This document shows positions 18,638 through 28,264 of a DNA stretch of 63,023 bases, piece by piece (position 1 is the first letter of the stretch; each line of letters begins with the position of its first letter). Position numbers and translations under genes: made by a program. Origin of the DNA: Verrucomicrobiota bacterium (GTDB lineage: Bacteria > Verrucomicrobiota > Verrucomicrobiia > Limisphaerales > UBA11358); contig JAGWMQ010000004.1 of NCBI GenBank assembly GCA_028873125.1, positions 1 through 63,023 of the forward strand, given 5' to 3'. Under the pieces are notes generated by a model that was given only the letters and a program-made list of their open reading frames with translations, made no database searches and was not told the DNA's origin.

Positions 18638-19470
18638 CTGTTGTTCAGCAACCGCACTTCGCGCTGCGGGAAGGGAATGGAGATGTTGGCGGCGCGGAGT
18701 TGTTCCGCAATGGCCTGGTTGATTTCCGCCTGCGCCGGAACGAAATCGTCCACCTTCACCCACGGTTTGACGGCGATGTTGATGGAAGAATCAGCCAGCA
18801 GGGTGACGCCGACGATGGGCGCTGGTTCACGGAGCACGCGCGGGTTGGCGTCCAGCACGCGGCGGACAATGGCCGTGGCCTCGTTCAGGTCCGTCCCGTA
18901 GGCCACGCCAACGGAAAGCTCAAGCTGCCGGACGTTGCCGTAGTTGTGCAGGATTTCGCCGATGATTTTGCGGTTGGGAATGACGACGCGCGACAAATCG
19001 GTGCGCAACAGCGTGGTGGAAAAGAGTTCGATGTTCTTGACCTGTCCGGACACGCTGGCGATTTCGATCCATTCGCCGACGCGGAACGGCTTGGTGAAAA
19101 TGATGGTCAGCCCGGCGAAGAGATTGCCGAGGACGTGTTGCAGGGCCAGGCCGATGCCCACGCCGGCCACGCCGATCCCCGCGAGGGCCGGGCCGATGGG
19201 CACGCTCAATTTTTCCAGCGCCTGGAGCAGGGCCACCAGAAAGATGAGCAGTCGGAGAACCCGGACGCCCAGCATGACGATGGGCGGCTCGATCTGTTTC
19301 TTTTCCAGCCACACCCGCAGCGCGCGGCCCACCCACCAGGCGATGGCGAATCCAATAGCCAGGATGATGAGCGCGCCGAAAATTTGCAGGCCGTAGTCGG
19401 TGAGAAAGTCCACGACTTTTGTTTGAATCTGATCAATGACGTTGATGGTTTTGTCGGTTGTTTGTCCCAT
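18634..19470 (-). CDS. Mechanosensitive ion channel, MscS family
   Basis: Three N-terminal TM segments and FRVGEWIEIASVSGQVKNIELFSTTLLRTDLSRVVIPN. Its stop overlaps the stop of the convergent desulfurase gene. Confidence 0.9.
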   Translation of the reverse strand: MGQTTDKTINVIDQIQTKVVDFLTDYGLQIFGALIILAIGFAIAWWVGRALRVWLEKKQIEPPIVMLGVRVLRLLIFLVALLQALEKLSVPIGPALAGIGVAGVGIGLALQHVLGNLFAGLTIIFTKPFRVGEWIEIASVSGQVKNIELFSTTLLRTDLSRVVIPNRKIIGEILHNYGNVRQLELSVGVAYGTDLNEATAIVRRVLDANPRVLREPAPIVGVTLLADSSINIAVKPWVKVDDFVPAQAEINQAIAEQLRAANISIPFPQREVRLLNNS

Positions 19471-19567
19471 TTTTACCTCGCGTCTGGAGGATGGGGTAAT
19501 CCCATCTGCTGGCCCGCGTCAACTCTTGAATGGTTGACCGCGGCCGATTTTTTGCCAATCTGCCCCC

Positions 19568-19774
19568 ATGACGAAGAGATTCCGCAACCGGATCCTCACG
19601 CTGTTCATCCTGGTGTTTCCCTTCGCCCTATTTCTTGCCTTTCTCGTTTCCAATCTCACCCGGCCTTTGCCGCCCGTGAAGAAAACGGACGCCGCCGGCC
19701 CTCCCGGCGGGCAGCCTGTTGAGACGACAAACCCCGGCTTGCGGGCTGCGCCGCCATCGTCTGAGAATAAGTAA
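19568..19774 (+). CDS. Small hypothetical single-pass membrane protein
   Basis: 68 aa with one hydrophobic helix (ILTLFILVFPFALFLAFLV) and a Pro/Gly-rich tail. No family recognised; it could be spurious. Confidence 0.3.
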   Translation: MTKRFRNRILTLFILVFPFALFLAFLVSNLTRPLPPVKKTDAAGPPGGQPVETTNPGLRAAPPSSENK

Positions 19775-19923
19775 GGCCAGGTTTTGGGCCACTGCAAATG
19801 GCAAAGGCGTATCCGTCTGTGCTGCGCCAGCGGCCCAGTTTCAATGGGGGCAGCCGCGGAATGACAACCTGTGCGCCAAAATTTTCTGTTCCCTTTTTGG
19901 CTTTGGCGGACATTTATTGGTAG

Positions 19924-21390
19924 ATGCCCGAACCGGACGACATCGGATTGCTTGGGGAATACGCGCGGCGCCAGTCCGAGGACGCCTTCGCCGCGCTCGT
20001 GGAGCGGCACGTCGTTCTCGTTTATTCCGTCGCGCTGCGCAGCGCCGGCAACCCGCAGACCGCCGAGGAAATCACCCAGGCCGTCTTCATCATCCTCGCC
20101 CGCAAGGCGCGGAGCCTGCCCCGCCGGACCGTGCTCTCCGGCTGGCTTTACCAAACCGCGCGGCTGACGGCGGCAAATTTCCTGCGGGCGGAAATCCGGC
20201 GGCAGAAACGCGAACAGGAGGCTTACATGCAATCGCGGGTCAATGAACCGGAACCGGAAGTCTGGCCGCAAATCGTGCCGCTGCTGGACGCGGCGATGGA
20301 ACGCCTCGGCAAAAAGGACCGCGACGCCATCGTGCTGCGGTATTTTGAGAACAAGAACCTGCGCGAAGTGGGCGCGGCGCTGGGCGCCAGCGAAGGCGCG
20401 GCCAGAATGCGCGTCGCCCGCGCGCTAGAAAGGCTGCGGAAATTTTTCACCCGGCGCGGCATGACGCACTCGGCCGACGCGATTGCCGGAGCGGTTTTGG
20501 CCCACTCGGTCCACGCCGCGCCGATTGGGTTGGCCAAAACGATTACCGCCGTGGCGCTGGCGAAGGGCGCGGCGGCGGGCGGTTCCACTTTAACCCTCGT
20601 GAAAGGAGCATTGAAACTTATGGAATGGACAAAAGCAAAAACGGCAGTTGTGGCAGGAATTGGAGTTCTCGCTGTCGCAGGCATTACCACAATTATCGTC
20701 AAGGACATTGACGCGCACCGTGTTTACGACTGGCAGACATGGGCAGACCAATCAACATTGAATAAAGCGCCGCCGCAAGCCACGATCCGGCCTGCGCCGG
20801 CTTCCCGACATCTTTCTGACGCCTACATTTCCTCGGGCGGAAAGATGGAGGGGCTTGGATACGATTTCCGCGAGGTGGTGTTGACGATGCTTCAAATTGA
20901 TCCGGAGCATTTGATCGTTACAGCGCCCCTTCCGAGTGGAAAGTTCGACTATATCGCCAATTTCGCGGCCCCTGGTGGCGACGCTTATGAACGCAACTGT
21001 AGGGCGCTGATAAACGATATGGAAAATCAGTTTGGTCTTGCAATCAGACCTATTCAAGTCGAGACCAACGTCCTCTTTCTCAGGGTTCAGTCCGCCTATG
21101 CTCCCGGATTAAAGCCCAATTCCGATGCGGCTCAAAACGGCCCAGTTATTACAAGAACAAGCTTTTCGTCGCATGGCGGCATCTGGATGCTGGTTCAGTC
21201 GCTTGAAGTAGATATGGGAACTGTCGTGGTTGACCAAACTGGCCTCTCAGGCCACTACGACATCAACTTAAAGTGGAATGGAACCGCGGATGGTTTGGAG
21301 CAGGCATTGCGTGAAGAACTCGGTTTGGAATTGGTGTCAAGCGATAAACTTGTCACGGTCCCGATGTATGTAGTGGAAAAGGTGAAATGA
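19924..21390 (+). CDS. ECF-type sigma-70 factor fused via one TM helix to a TIGR03435-type extracytoplasmic domain
   Basis: aa 1-178 carry sigma regions 2 and 4 (AFAALVERH..., DRDAIVLRYFENKNLREVGAALG). TM helix AVVAGIGVLAVAGITTIIV. The C-terminal domain has VVDQTGLSGHYDINLKW and LEQALREELGLELVSS...VPMYVVEKV, typical of the TIGR03435 family. Confidence 0.85.
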   Translation: MPEPDDIGLLGEYARRQSEDAFAALVERHVVLVYSVALRSAGNPQTAEEITQAVFIILARKARSLPRRTVLSGWLYQTARLTAANFLRAEIRRQKREQEAYMQSRVNEPEPEVWPQIVPLLDAAMERLGKKDRDAIVLRYFENKNLREVGAALGASEGAARMRVARALERLRKFFTRRGMTHSADAIAGAVLAHSVHAAPIGLAKTITAVALAKGAAAGGSTLTLVKGALKLMEWTKAKTAVVAGIGVLAVAGITTIIVKDIDAHRVYDWQTWADQSTLNKAPPQATIRPAPASRHLSDAYISSGGKMEGLGYDFREVVLTMLQIDPEHLIVTAPLPSGKFDYIANFAAPGGDAYERNCRALINDMENQFGLAIRPIQVETNVLFLRVQSAYAPGLKPNSDAAQNGPVITRTSFSSHGGIWMLVQSLEVDMGTVVVDQTGLSGHYDINLKWNGTADGLEQALREELGLELVSSDKLVTVPMYVVEKVK

Positions 21391-21443
21391 TTTGAGCCTG
21401 AAATTCGTCGCCCGTTGTCAATTGGAACAAGAAAACTCAAATC

Positions 21444-22334
21444 ATGCAGAGAAGACGCACAGATCCGATGAAATGGTATGGTTTTACGCTGCTTGAGCTG
21501 CTCGTAGTCATCGCCATTATCGCGATTCTGGCGGCGCTGCTGTTCCCAGCATTGGCCAGGGCCAAGGAAAAGGCCCAAGGCGTTTCTTGCATTAACAACC
21601 TCAAGCAATTGATGACCGCGATGACGCTTTACACCGGCGACAATCACGAGCTCTTTCCGCCCAATCCCGACGACGGCAACACCATCCCCGGTTACAACTG
21701 GTGCTCCGGAAACGCGGGCATCGGCCAGCCCCAGGAATTTGATCCAGATGTGCTCGCGGACCCGACCCGCTCGCTGCTCATCACTTATATGGGTGGCAAC
21801 GTGAAGGTTTTCCGCTGTCCAGCGGACCGTCGGCAGGGGATTTATCAGGGCAGCAATCCGGCGCTGGCGGGCCGGACGGTTCCGGCAGCGCGAACGTATT
21901 CGATGAATCAGGCGGTCGGCACCGTGGACCCAGGCTTTGAAGGAATCGGCTCATCCCATTCTGGCGTTCCGAATCTGCCCGTCAGCGGCCCGTGGCTCTC
22001 TGGCACTTATCTTTCCAATCATCACAACGACCCGTGGGCCACTTGCGGCAAGGCCTCCTCAATCGGGCCGCTGGGTCCTTCGATGCTTTGGGTGCTGGTG
22101 GGGGAGAATGCCAGTGGTTTGAACGACGCGGCGTTTGCCTTTGAAATGGTGGATCCCGGATGGCTGGACGCGCCCGGTTCCTACCATGCCGGCGCGTGCG
22201 GCATTGCCTTTGCGGACGGCCACGCCCAAATTCACAAATGGCTCAAGAAGCCCCAGGACCATTCGAGCGCCAACGCCACGGACTGGGGCTGGATGCAGCA
22301 GCGCACTTCGGCGCGGGTCGGGAATGATCACTGA
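21444..22334 (+). CDS. Pseudopilin-like protein with a prepilin-type N-terminal cleavage/methylation domain and an H-X9-DG C-terminus
   Basis: [34 protein letters not shown]-terminus. C-terminal [13 protein letters not shown] fits H-X9-DG. Confidence 0.85.
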   Translation: MQRRRTDPMKWYGFTLLELLVVIAIIAILAALLFPALARAKEKAQGVSCINNLKQLMTAMTLYTGDNHELFPPNPDDGNTIPGYNWCSGNAGIGQPQEFDPDVLADPTRSLLITYMGGNVKVFRCPADRRQGIYQGSNPALAGRTVPAARTYSMNQAVGTVDPGFEGIGSSHSGVPNLPVSGPWLSGTYLSNHHNDPWATCGKASSIGPLGPSMLWVLVGENASGLNDAAFAFEMVDPGWLDAPGSYHAGACGIAFADGHAQIHKWLKKPQDHSSANATDWGWMQQRTSARVGNDH

Positions 22335-22431
22335 ACCTTCCCAAACGGTCCACTACCAACAGCACACGCGCGCCGTGCCGGCAATTGAATTTGCGCCATC
22401 CGTCCAGCGTGGAATCGGCCATCACACCCAC

Positions 22432-23871
22432 TCAAGGGTGTTTTGCCGGACGAACGTAGGGCACGGCCTGGGTGCCCTGGTCGGGCGGGGGAGCCGGATG
22501 GGGCAATTCAGTCAGCGGCGGATAAACTTTGTGCACCTTTTCCAAATGGGATTCGACATGTGCCGGAACAGGGATCGTCAGCGTCGGCGCGGGCGGCTGG
22601 TTGAAGTCGAAACAGTCCCACATGTCGTTGGCCCGGTCGTCCCGCGCCGTCAGGTGCTCCAGATGCCAGCGGTCCTCGATGAACTTGAGCACGGAGGTGA
22701 AATCATAGGTGTAGTGCGAGACGTGATGCCGTCGGGCATAGGGCGAGATCACGATCATCGGCACGCGCGGCCCGTAGCCGTAGGCGTCCACCTCCGGCGG
22801 CGGCACGTGATCATAAAAGCCGCCGTAGTCGTCCCAGCAAAGAAAGATGACGCTGTCCTTCCAGTATCGGCTTCGCATCACCGCATTGATCAGCCGCGTC
22901 ACATACCACATGCCCTGCCGCAGCGCCTCGGGCGGGTGCTCGCTGTCCTGGAAGTCCGGGATCAGCCAGGACACCTGCGGCAGCCCGTCGCCGGTCTTGA
23001 GCGCGCGGCAAAATTCCGTTTCCGGCATCAGGCGCGCCATCAGGGCCGGATTGTCGCGAATCTCCTTGAACCCGGGCATCGGGTTCCACAGCGTGAAGGT
23101 CTTGGGGTCGGGATAGGCCAGATTGGACAAATGCGCGTTGACCTGGCGCGCATCGGGCGGGGCCGGCAGGGTTTCCACATAATATGCCCAACTCAGGTTC
23201 CGGCCCGCAAACCTTTTGACAATCGAGATGAAACTGAACCCGTCGTCATCATCCATCACCCGCTTGAGGGCGTCGAGGGAGCCGACGTTGTTGAGTTCCT
23301 TGGATTGCGCGGCGACGGTATAGACGTGGTTGGGGGAACTGCCGCTCATCTCGGAGGAAAAAAACTGGTCGCACAGCGTGTAGGCCCGGGCATATTTCCA
23401 GTAGTTGGGAATGTCGGTTTGATCGTAATAACCCATGGTGTACGGGGTGCCTTCGGCCCACACGAACCCGTCCATCCGGCCGTTGTCATAGCAGGCGTGG
23501 GCGGACTCCCAACTGTGCTCCAGGTCAATGATGGGTTGCCCGGCGGGCATATGGAACGGTTTGGCGCGCGCGCGCCCCGAGGGACGTTCGGGCAGGCAGG
23601 CGCGCGGCGGAATGCCGTCGGCTCCCGGAAAGGTGCCGAAATAATTGTCGAAGGAATGGTTTTCCTGGATGATCCAGATGACGTGATTTATCCTGTCAAT
23701 GTCCCGTTCCGGCGCCGGCCCGGGAGCCGACGGCGAGGACTCCAGTGATAAAGGTTTTGCCCAGCCCGTCGCGCTGCCCGCCAGCGTCAACCAGCCGGCC
23801 ACAGCCAGCATCGTCACAAGGTGGTGCGCTTCCGGCAATCTCGGCCGGCGCACATTGGTCGTTTTCACCAC
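22432..23871 (-). CDS. Phosphoesterase family protein (non-haemolytic phospholipase C / acid phosphatase type)
   Basis: Signal peptide; [20 protein letters not shown] and [13 protein letters not shown] motifs. Confidence 0.88.
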   Translation of the reverse strand: MVKTTNVRRPRLPEAHHLVTMLAVAGWLTLAGSATGWAKPLSLESSPSAPGPAPERDIDRINHVIWIIQENHSFDNYFGTFPGADGIPPRACLPERPSGRARAKPFHMPAGQPIIDLEHSWESAHACYDNGRMDGFVWAEGTPYTMGYYDQTDIPNYWKYARAYTLCDQFFSSEMSGSSPNHVYTVAAQSKELNNVGSLDALKRVMDDDDGFSFISIVKRFAGRNLSWAYYVETLPAPPDARQVNAHLSNLAYPDPKTFTLWNPMPGFKEIRDNPALMARLMPETEFCRALKTGDGLPQVSWLIPDFQDSEHPPEALRQGMWYVTRLINAVMRSRYWKDSVIFLCWDDYGGFYDHVPPPEVDAYGYGPRVPMIVISPYARRHHVSHYTYDFTSVLKFIEDRWHLEHLTARDDRANDMWDCFDFNQPPAPTLTIPVPAHVESHLEKVHKVYPPLTELPHPAPPPDQGTQAVPYVRPAKHP

Positions 23872-23959
23872 GCGGAGGTATGGCAGGTCAAGGGGAAGGC
23901 GTAAAGCAGATAACCAAACAAATCACCGGCAATCCTGAAGCGCCATGGGTCCGATTCAA

Positions 23960-24292
23960 TCAAATCCCGAGGTTCGCCAGGGTATTGCTGATGGCGTTGA
24001 CGATCTGGACCAGCCGCGGGTGGGTCTTCTCAAAGCCTTCAACGGAGGAACGCAAGCCCGCCAGCGAATGCTCCAGCAGTTCCGGATTCTGCTCTTCGCG
24101 CGTGGCCTCGTGCGCGGAAACGTTGGCGAAGCCGGCGATGCTTTGGGCCTGTTCGCCGTGCGTTTTTTCCAGGGCGCCAATCTCGGTTTTGAGGGTGCCC
24201 AGCAGTTGGAGCAACTCGCCTTTGCGCTCGTCGCCGATGGCGTTTGCGCCGCGGATTTTCGCCTCAATTTCCCCAATGGTTTTTTCGATCAT
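23960..24292 (-). CDS. DUF4404-type small protein
   Basis: 110 aa from internal ATG 24292 of ORF 23960..24601. ...EGFEKTHPRLVQIVNAISNTLANLGI C-terminus. The upstream part of the ORF runs through hairpin repeats. Confidence 0.65.
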   Translation of the reverse strand: MIEKTIGEIEAKIRGANAIGDERKGELLQLLGTLKTEIGALEKTHGEQAQSIAGFANVSAHEATREEQNPELLEHSLAGLRSSVEGFEKTHPRLVQIVNAISNTLANLGI

Positions 24293-24382
24293 GCCATTTT
24301 GCCTCTGCCCAAGCCTACTCGCTTTCGACCATTCGGCAAGCCGGGATGAGGCCGGGTTGGTCCTGATTTCAAAATCGGGCAG

Positions 24383-24441
24383 GGCGGGCAGTCCCCTGCC
24401 CGCCGTAAAGGCAAAGAACGGCGCGCACGGAGTGGCGCGCC
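24383..24441 (-). terminator. Two GC-rich hairpins downstream of tmk (terminator candidate / repeat element)
   Basis: GGCGGGCAG-tccc-CTGCCCGCC (24383-24404) and GGCGCGC-acggagtg-GCGCGCC (24420-24441). On the minus strand the first is followed by ...GATTTTG. Confidence 0.45.
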
Positions 24442-24482
24442 CCACCGAAATCAGACATGACGCAAGGCAGGGCAGGGGAGCG

Positions 24483-25136
24483 TCACCAACGGCCGATTTT
24501 GGGCAATTGCGGCTGGACGAACGGCCAGATTTTGAGGCAGACGCTTTCGAGCGAGCCGGAAGAGTCCACGGCGCGCACGCGCTCCGGTTCGGCGGCGGCA
24601 ATGGCTTCGTAGCCGCGGGCGACGCGCTCGAAAAAGGACTTGTCCGCTTCTTCCATGCGATCGCGCAGAAACGGCAGGCTGGCCTGGCGCGCGGCTCGGC
24701 GCCTCTCGCCGACTTCCGACGGCACCGTCAGGAGCAGCGTCAAGTCCGGCCGCGTATCTCCAACGGCGATTTCGATGACGGTCCGGACCACGTTCAAATC
24801 GAGCTGGCGGCCGTAGCCTTGATAGGCAGTCGTGGAATCGTAAAAGCGGTCGCACAGGACAATTTCGCCGGCGGCGAGCGCGGGACGAATGGTTTCCCGG
24901 ACGAGCTGCGCGCGGCTGGCGTTCATGAGCAGCAGTTCGGCTTCGGCGGTCATCGCCTGGTTGTGCTGGCTGTGCTTGAGGGTGTGGCGGATTTCCTCAC
25001 CGATGGAGGTGCCGCCCGGCTCGCGAAGCGTCCGCACGCGGTGCCCGAGGGCGCGCAATTGCCGGGCCAGCAGTTCCACCTGGGTGGACTTGCCGCAGCC
25101 TTCCGCGCCTTCAAAGGTGATGAACAGACCCTTCAA
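24483..25136 (-). CDS. tmk: Thymidylate kinase
   Basis: FITFEGAEGCGKSTQ P-loop and DRFYDSTTAYQG. TTG start with no in-frame ATG upstream. Confidence 0.93.
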   Translation of the reverse strand: MKGLFITFEGAEGCGKSTQVELLARQLRALGHRVRTLREPGGTSIGEEIRHTLKHSQHNQAMTAEAELLLMNASRAQLVRETIRPALAAGEIVLCDRFYDSTTAYQGYGRQLDLNVVRTVIEIAVGDTRPDLTLLLTVPSEVGERRRAARQASLPFLRDRMEEADKSFFERVARGYEAIAAAEPERVRAVDSSGSLESVCLKIWPFVQPQLPKIGRW

Positions 25137-25139
25137 TTT

Positions 25140-25168
25140 GCGATTTACGATTTCGGATTTACGATTTT
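25140..25168 (-). repeat. AATCGTAAATC-type A/T-rich repeat units abutting the tmk start codon
   Basis: The minus strand reads AAAATCGTAAATCCGAAATCGTAAATCGCAAA then TTG (start). Same unit family as 31250, 60898 and 61075-61147. Confidence 0.8.
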
Positions 25169-25217
25169 AGCTCCGCTTTCCATGCCCTGTGTCGTCGCGC
25201 GACCGCGCGGATCGCGA

Positions 25218-26636
25218 TCAAATCTTTTTCAGTTTCGGGCCTTTCGGCGTGTCTTCAATAGCCCAGCCTTTGGCCTTCAATTCGTCGCGGATTTCGTCGG
25301 CGCGCTTGAAGTCCCTGGCTTTGCGCGCCGCCTGGCGGGCTTCGAGCAACGCCAGAATTTCCGCCGGCGCCTCCGCTTCCGTTTTTGCGCCGACGCCGAG
25401 GACGGAGTCCATTTTCTCCCAGGCGGCCAACGCGTCGGCGGCCTCGTCCGGGGCCAGGGAATGATCCGCGAGGCGCCTGTTCATTTCACGGACCCAGCCA
25501 AACACCACGCCCCAGGCGGCGGAAATGTTCAGATCATCGTCGAGCGCGTCGTTGAACCGTTGAAGCGTTGAAGTGTCCGGCCTTGGACTTTGGGGTTTGG
25601 ACTTTGGACTGGTTGCGATTTCGCGCAGCTTGCCGAGGCATTCGTCAATCCGCCCCAGCGCGGCTCGCGCGCCGAGCAGGCCGTCGAGCGTGAAGTTGAA
25701 CGTTTCGCGGTAATGCGCGGTGAGCAGCAGATAACGGACTTCGCGGCCGGTGAAACCCCTGGCCAGCAGATCGCGCAGCGTGAAAAAGTTGCCAAGGCTT
25801 TTGCTCATCTTCCGGCCTTCGACCAGCAGATGCGCCCCGTGCAACCAGTGCTTCACAAAGGGCTGGCCCGTGGCGCCCTCGCTTTGGGCGATCTCATCCT
25901 CGTGATGCGGGAAGACCAGGTCCTCGCCGCCGAGATGGAGATCAAAGCTCGGCCCCAGGATTTTCATGCTCATGGCGCTGCACTCCACGTGCCAGCCGGG
26001 GCGTCCTTCGCCAAAGGGACTGGGCCAAAACACCTCGCCGTCCTCCGGCGCCCGCGCCTTCCAGAGCGCGAAGTCGGCCACGGATTCCTTGGCGTATTCG
26101 TCGCTTTGGACGCGTTGGCCGGGGCGCATTTCGTCAAATTTCAATTTCAAGAGTTGGCCGTAGCGGCGGCCGGTCGCCTGGTAATGTTCGATGGAGAAAT
26201 AAACCGAGCCGTCGGCGGACCGGTAGGCGACGCCCCGCGCCAGGAGTTTTTCGATGAGGGCAACGATTTCGGGAATGTGCTCGGTGGCGCGCGGCGTGTG
26301 GTGCGGCATCCGGCAGTTCAGGGTTTTGAGATCCTCGAAAAATGCGGCCTCGAACCGGGCGGTGAATTCGCACAGCGACGTCCGGGTTTCGCGGACGCGC
26401 CGGATGATCTTGTCGTCCACGTCGGTGATGTTCATCACGTGCGTGATGGAGCAACCCTTCAGTTCCAGGGTGCGGCGGACGAGGTCGCCCAGCACGAAGG
26501 TGCGCCAGTTGCCGATGTGGGCGAAGTCATAAACCGTCGGGCCGCAGCAATAGAAGCCGACGGGGTTTTGTCCAGGATGGAGCGGCGTGAAGTCCTGGAC
26601 CGACCGTGACAGCGTGTTGAACAATTTCAGTCCCAT
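25218..26636 (-). CDS. cysS: Cysteine--tRNA ligase
   Basis: HIGN (class I HIGH) and KMSKS motifs; 472 aa. Confidence 0.95.
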   Translation of the reverse strand: MGLKLFNTLSRSVQDFTPLHPGQNPVGFYCCGPTVYDFAHIGNWRTFVLGDLVRRTLELKGCSITHVMNITDVDDKIIRRVRETRTSLCEFTARFEAAFFEDLKTLNCRMPHHTPRATEHIPEIVALIEKLLARGVAYRSADGSVYFSIEHYQATGRRYGQLLKLKFDEMRPGQRVQSDEYAKESVADFALWKARAPEDGEVFWPSPFGEGRPGWHVECSAMSMKILGPSFDLHLGGEDLVFPHHEDEIAQSEGATGQPFVKHWLHGAHLLVEGRKMSKSLGNFFTLRDLLARGFTGREVRYLLLTAHYRETFNFTLDGLLGARAALGRIDECLGKLREIATSPKSKPQSPRPDTSTLQRFNDALDDDLNISAAWGVVFGWVREMNRRLADHSLAPDEAADALAAWEKMDSVLGVGAKTEAEAPAEILALLEARQAARKARDFKRADEIRDELKAKGWAIEDTPKGPKLKKI

Positions 26637-26871
26637 CTGCGTGCGCGCAAGTTAAGCCGCGCCGCAAGCAAGCAAAAGCGGAAAGTCGGACCGCGCGCGA
26701 AAATTCTGCACGTTTTTTCGGCGGCGCTTACCGTGGCGGCGTGAACCCCGCGTAATCTGGAAAGTGAACAGCATGGAACCAAATTGGCGAAATTTTCGTT
26801 TCGCGTCTTGCCATTGTTTCCGTTTAACGTCAAATTCTTCAAAACAAGATTCATTCACGGGACAAGACAAC

Positions 26872-28170
26872 ATGAGCAAAGAGGCAAAACTGGAACTGGA
26901 TGGAAAGGCTCACACCCTGCCGGTCATCGTCGGCAGCGAGGGCGAAAAGGCGCTGGACATTTCGTCGCTGCGCGCGGACACGGGTTGCATCACCTTGGAC
27001 GAGAGCTACGGCAACACCGGCTCCTGCACCAGCCGGATCACGTTCATTGACGGCGAGAAGGGCATTTTACGCTACCGCGGCATTCCGATCGAGGAATTGG
27101 CGGAGAAGTCCACGTTTATCGAGGCGGCCTACCTGATCATCTACGGCGACCTGCCGACGCGCGACCAGTTGCGGCAGTTTTCCGAGTTGTTCACCGAATA
27201 CCAGTTTTTGCACGAGGACATGAAGTATCACTTCGAGAGTTTTCCCTCGGGCGCGCATCCGATGGCCATCCTCTCGGCGATGATCAATGCGGCCAGTTGT
27301 TTCGACGACGAATTGATGCACTGGCGCTGGGGCAAGGCCAACAGCCAGTTCAACATTTATGCGGCGAAATTGATGTCGCAGGTGAGAACGATTGCCGCGT
27401 ATTCCTACCGCAAATCCCGCGGCCTGCCCCTCATCTATCCCAAACGGGCCTACAAATACACGGCCAACTTCCTGCACATGATGTTTTCCTCGCCGTATGA
27501 GGACTTCGAGTTGAGACCGGAGGTCGTCAAGGCGCTGGACTTGATTTTCCTGCTGCACGCCGACCACGAGCAGAATTGCTCCACCTCCACCGTGCGCATG
27601 GTCGCCTCCTCCCAGGCCAACCTCTTCGCCAGTGCCTCGGCCGGCGTCTGTGCGCTGTGGGGGCCGCTGCACGGCGGCGCCAACCAGGCGGTGATTGAAA
27701 TGCTCGAGGAAATCCACCGCGAAGGCGACGACGGCTCGAAGTTCATCACCGCGGCCAAGGACAAGGGCAGCGGACGCAAGCTCATGGGTTTTGGGCATCG
27801 GGTCTATAAAAATTACGATCCCCGCGCCAAGATCATCAAAAGGGCGTGCGACGACGTCCTGTCCAAATTGCACGTAACCGACCCATTATTGGACATCGCC
27901 AAGCATCTGGAGGAAGCGGCGCTCAAGGATTCCTATTTCGTCGAGCGCAAGTTGTATCCCAACGTGGATTTTTACAGCGGCATCATCATGCGCTCCCTGG
28001 GCATCCCGGTGGAAATGTTTCCCGTCATCTTCGCCATCGGCCGGATGCCCGGCTGGATCGCCAATTACAAGGAAATCATGGATGATCCCAAGAGCCGGAT
28101 TTCCCGTCCCCGGCAGATATACATCGGACGCGCGCTCAACCACTATGTTCCGCTGGAAGAGCGGAAATGA
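26872..28170 (+). CDS. gltA: Citrate synthase
   Basis: GFGHRVYKNYDPRA signature. ATG 26872 (MSKEAKLELDGK...) within ORF 26764..28170. Confidence 0.95.
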   Translation: MSKEAKLELDGKAHTLPVIVGSEGEKALDISSLRADTGCITLDESYGNTGSCTSRITFIDGEKGILRYRGIPIEELAEKSTFIEAAYLIIYGDLPTRDQLRQFSELFTEYQFLHEDMKYHFESFPSGAHPMAILSAMINAASCFDDELMHWRWGKANSQFNIYAAKLMSQVRTIAAYSYRKSRGLPLIYPKRAYKYTANFLHMMFSSPYEDFELRPEVVKALDLIFLLHADHEQNCSTSTVRMVASSQANLFASASAGVCALWGPLHGGANQAVIEMLEEIHREGDDGSKFITAAKDKGSGRKLMGFGHRVYKNYDPRAKIIKRACDDVLSKLHVTDPLLDIAKHLEEAALKDSYFVERKLYPNVDFYSGIIMRSLGIPVEMFPVIFAIGRMPGWIANYKEIMDDPKSRISRPRQIYIGRALNHYVPLEERK

Positions 28171-28264
28171 ATTTCACCGCGCCGGCGGGCCGGTGTCCGG
28201 GCCGACAGCAGCCAAACTGTCAATTTACGGCACGATAAATGCTCCTTTTTAGGACGCTTTATCC

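Noticed and set aside
25583-25612. Short tandem GGACTTTGG-like repeats inside cysS (encoding SPKSKPQSPRP).
   Set aside because: They are in frame and lie in the variable linker before the anticodon-binding region. The simplest reading is a low-complexity linker expansion, with no evidence of separate function.
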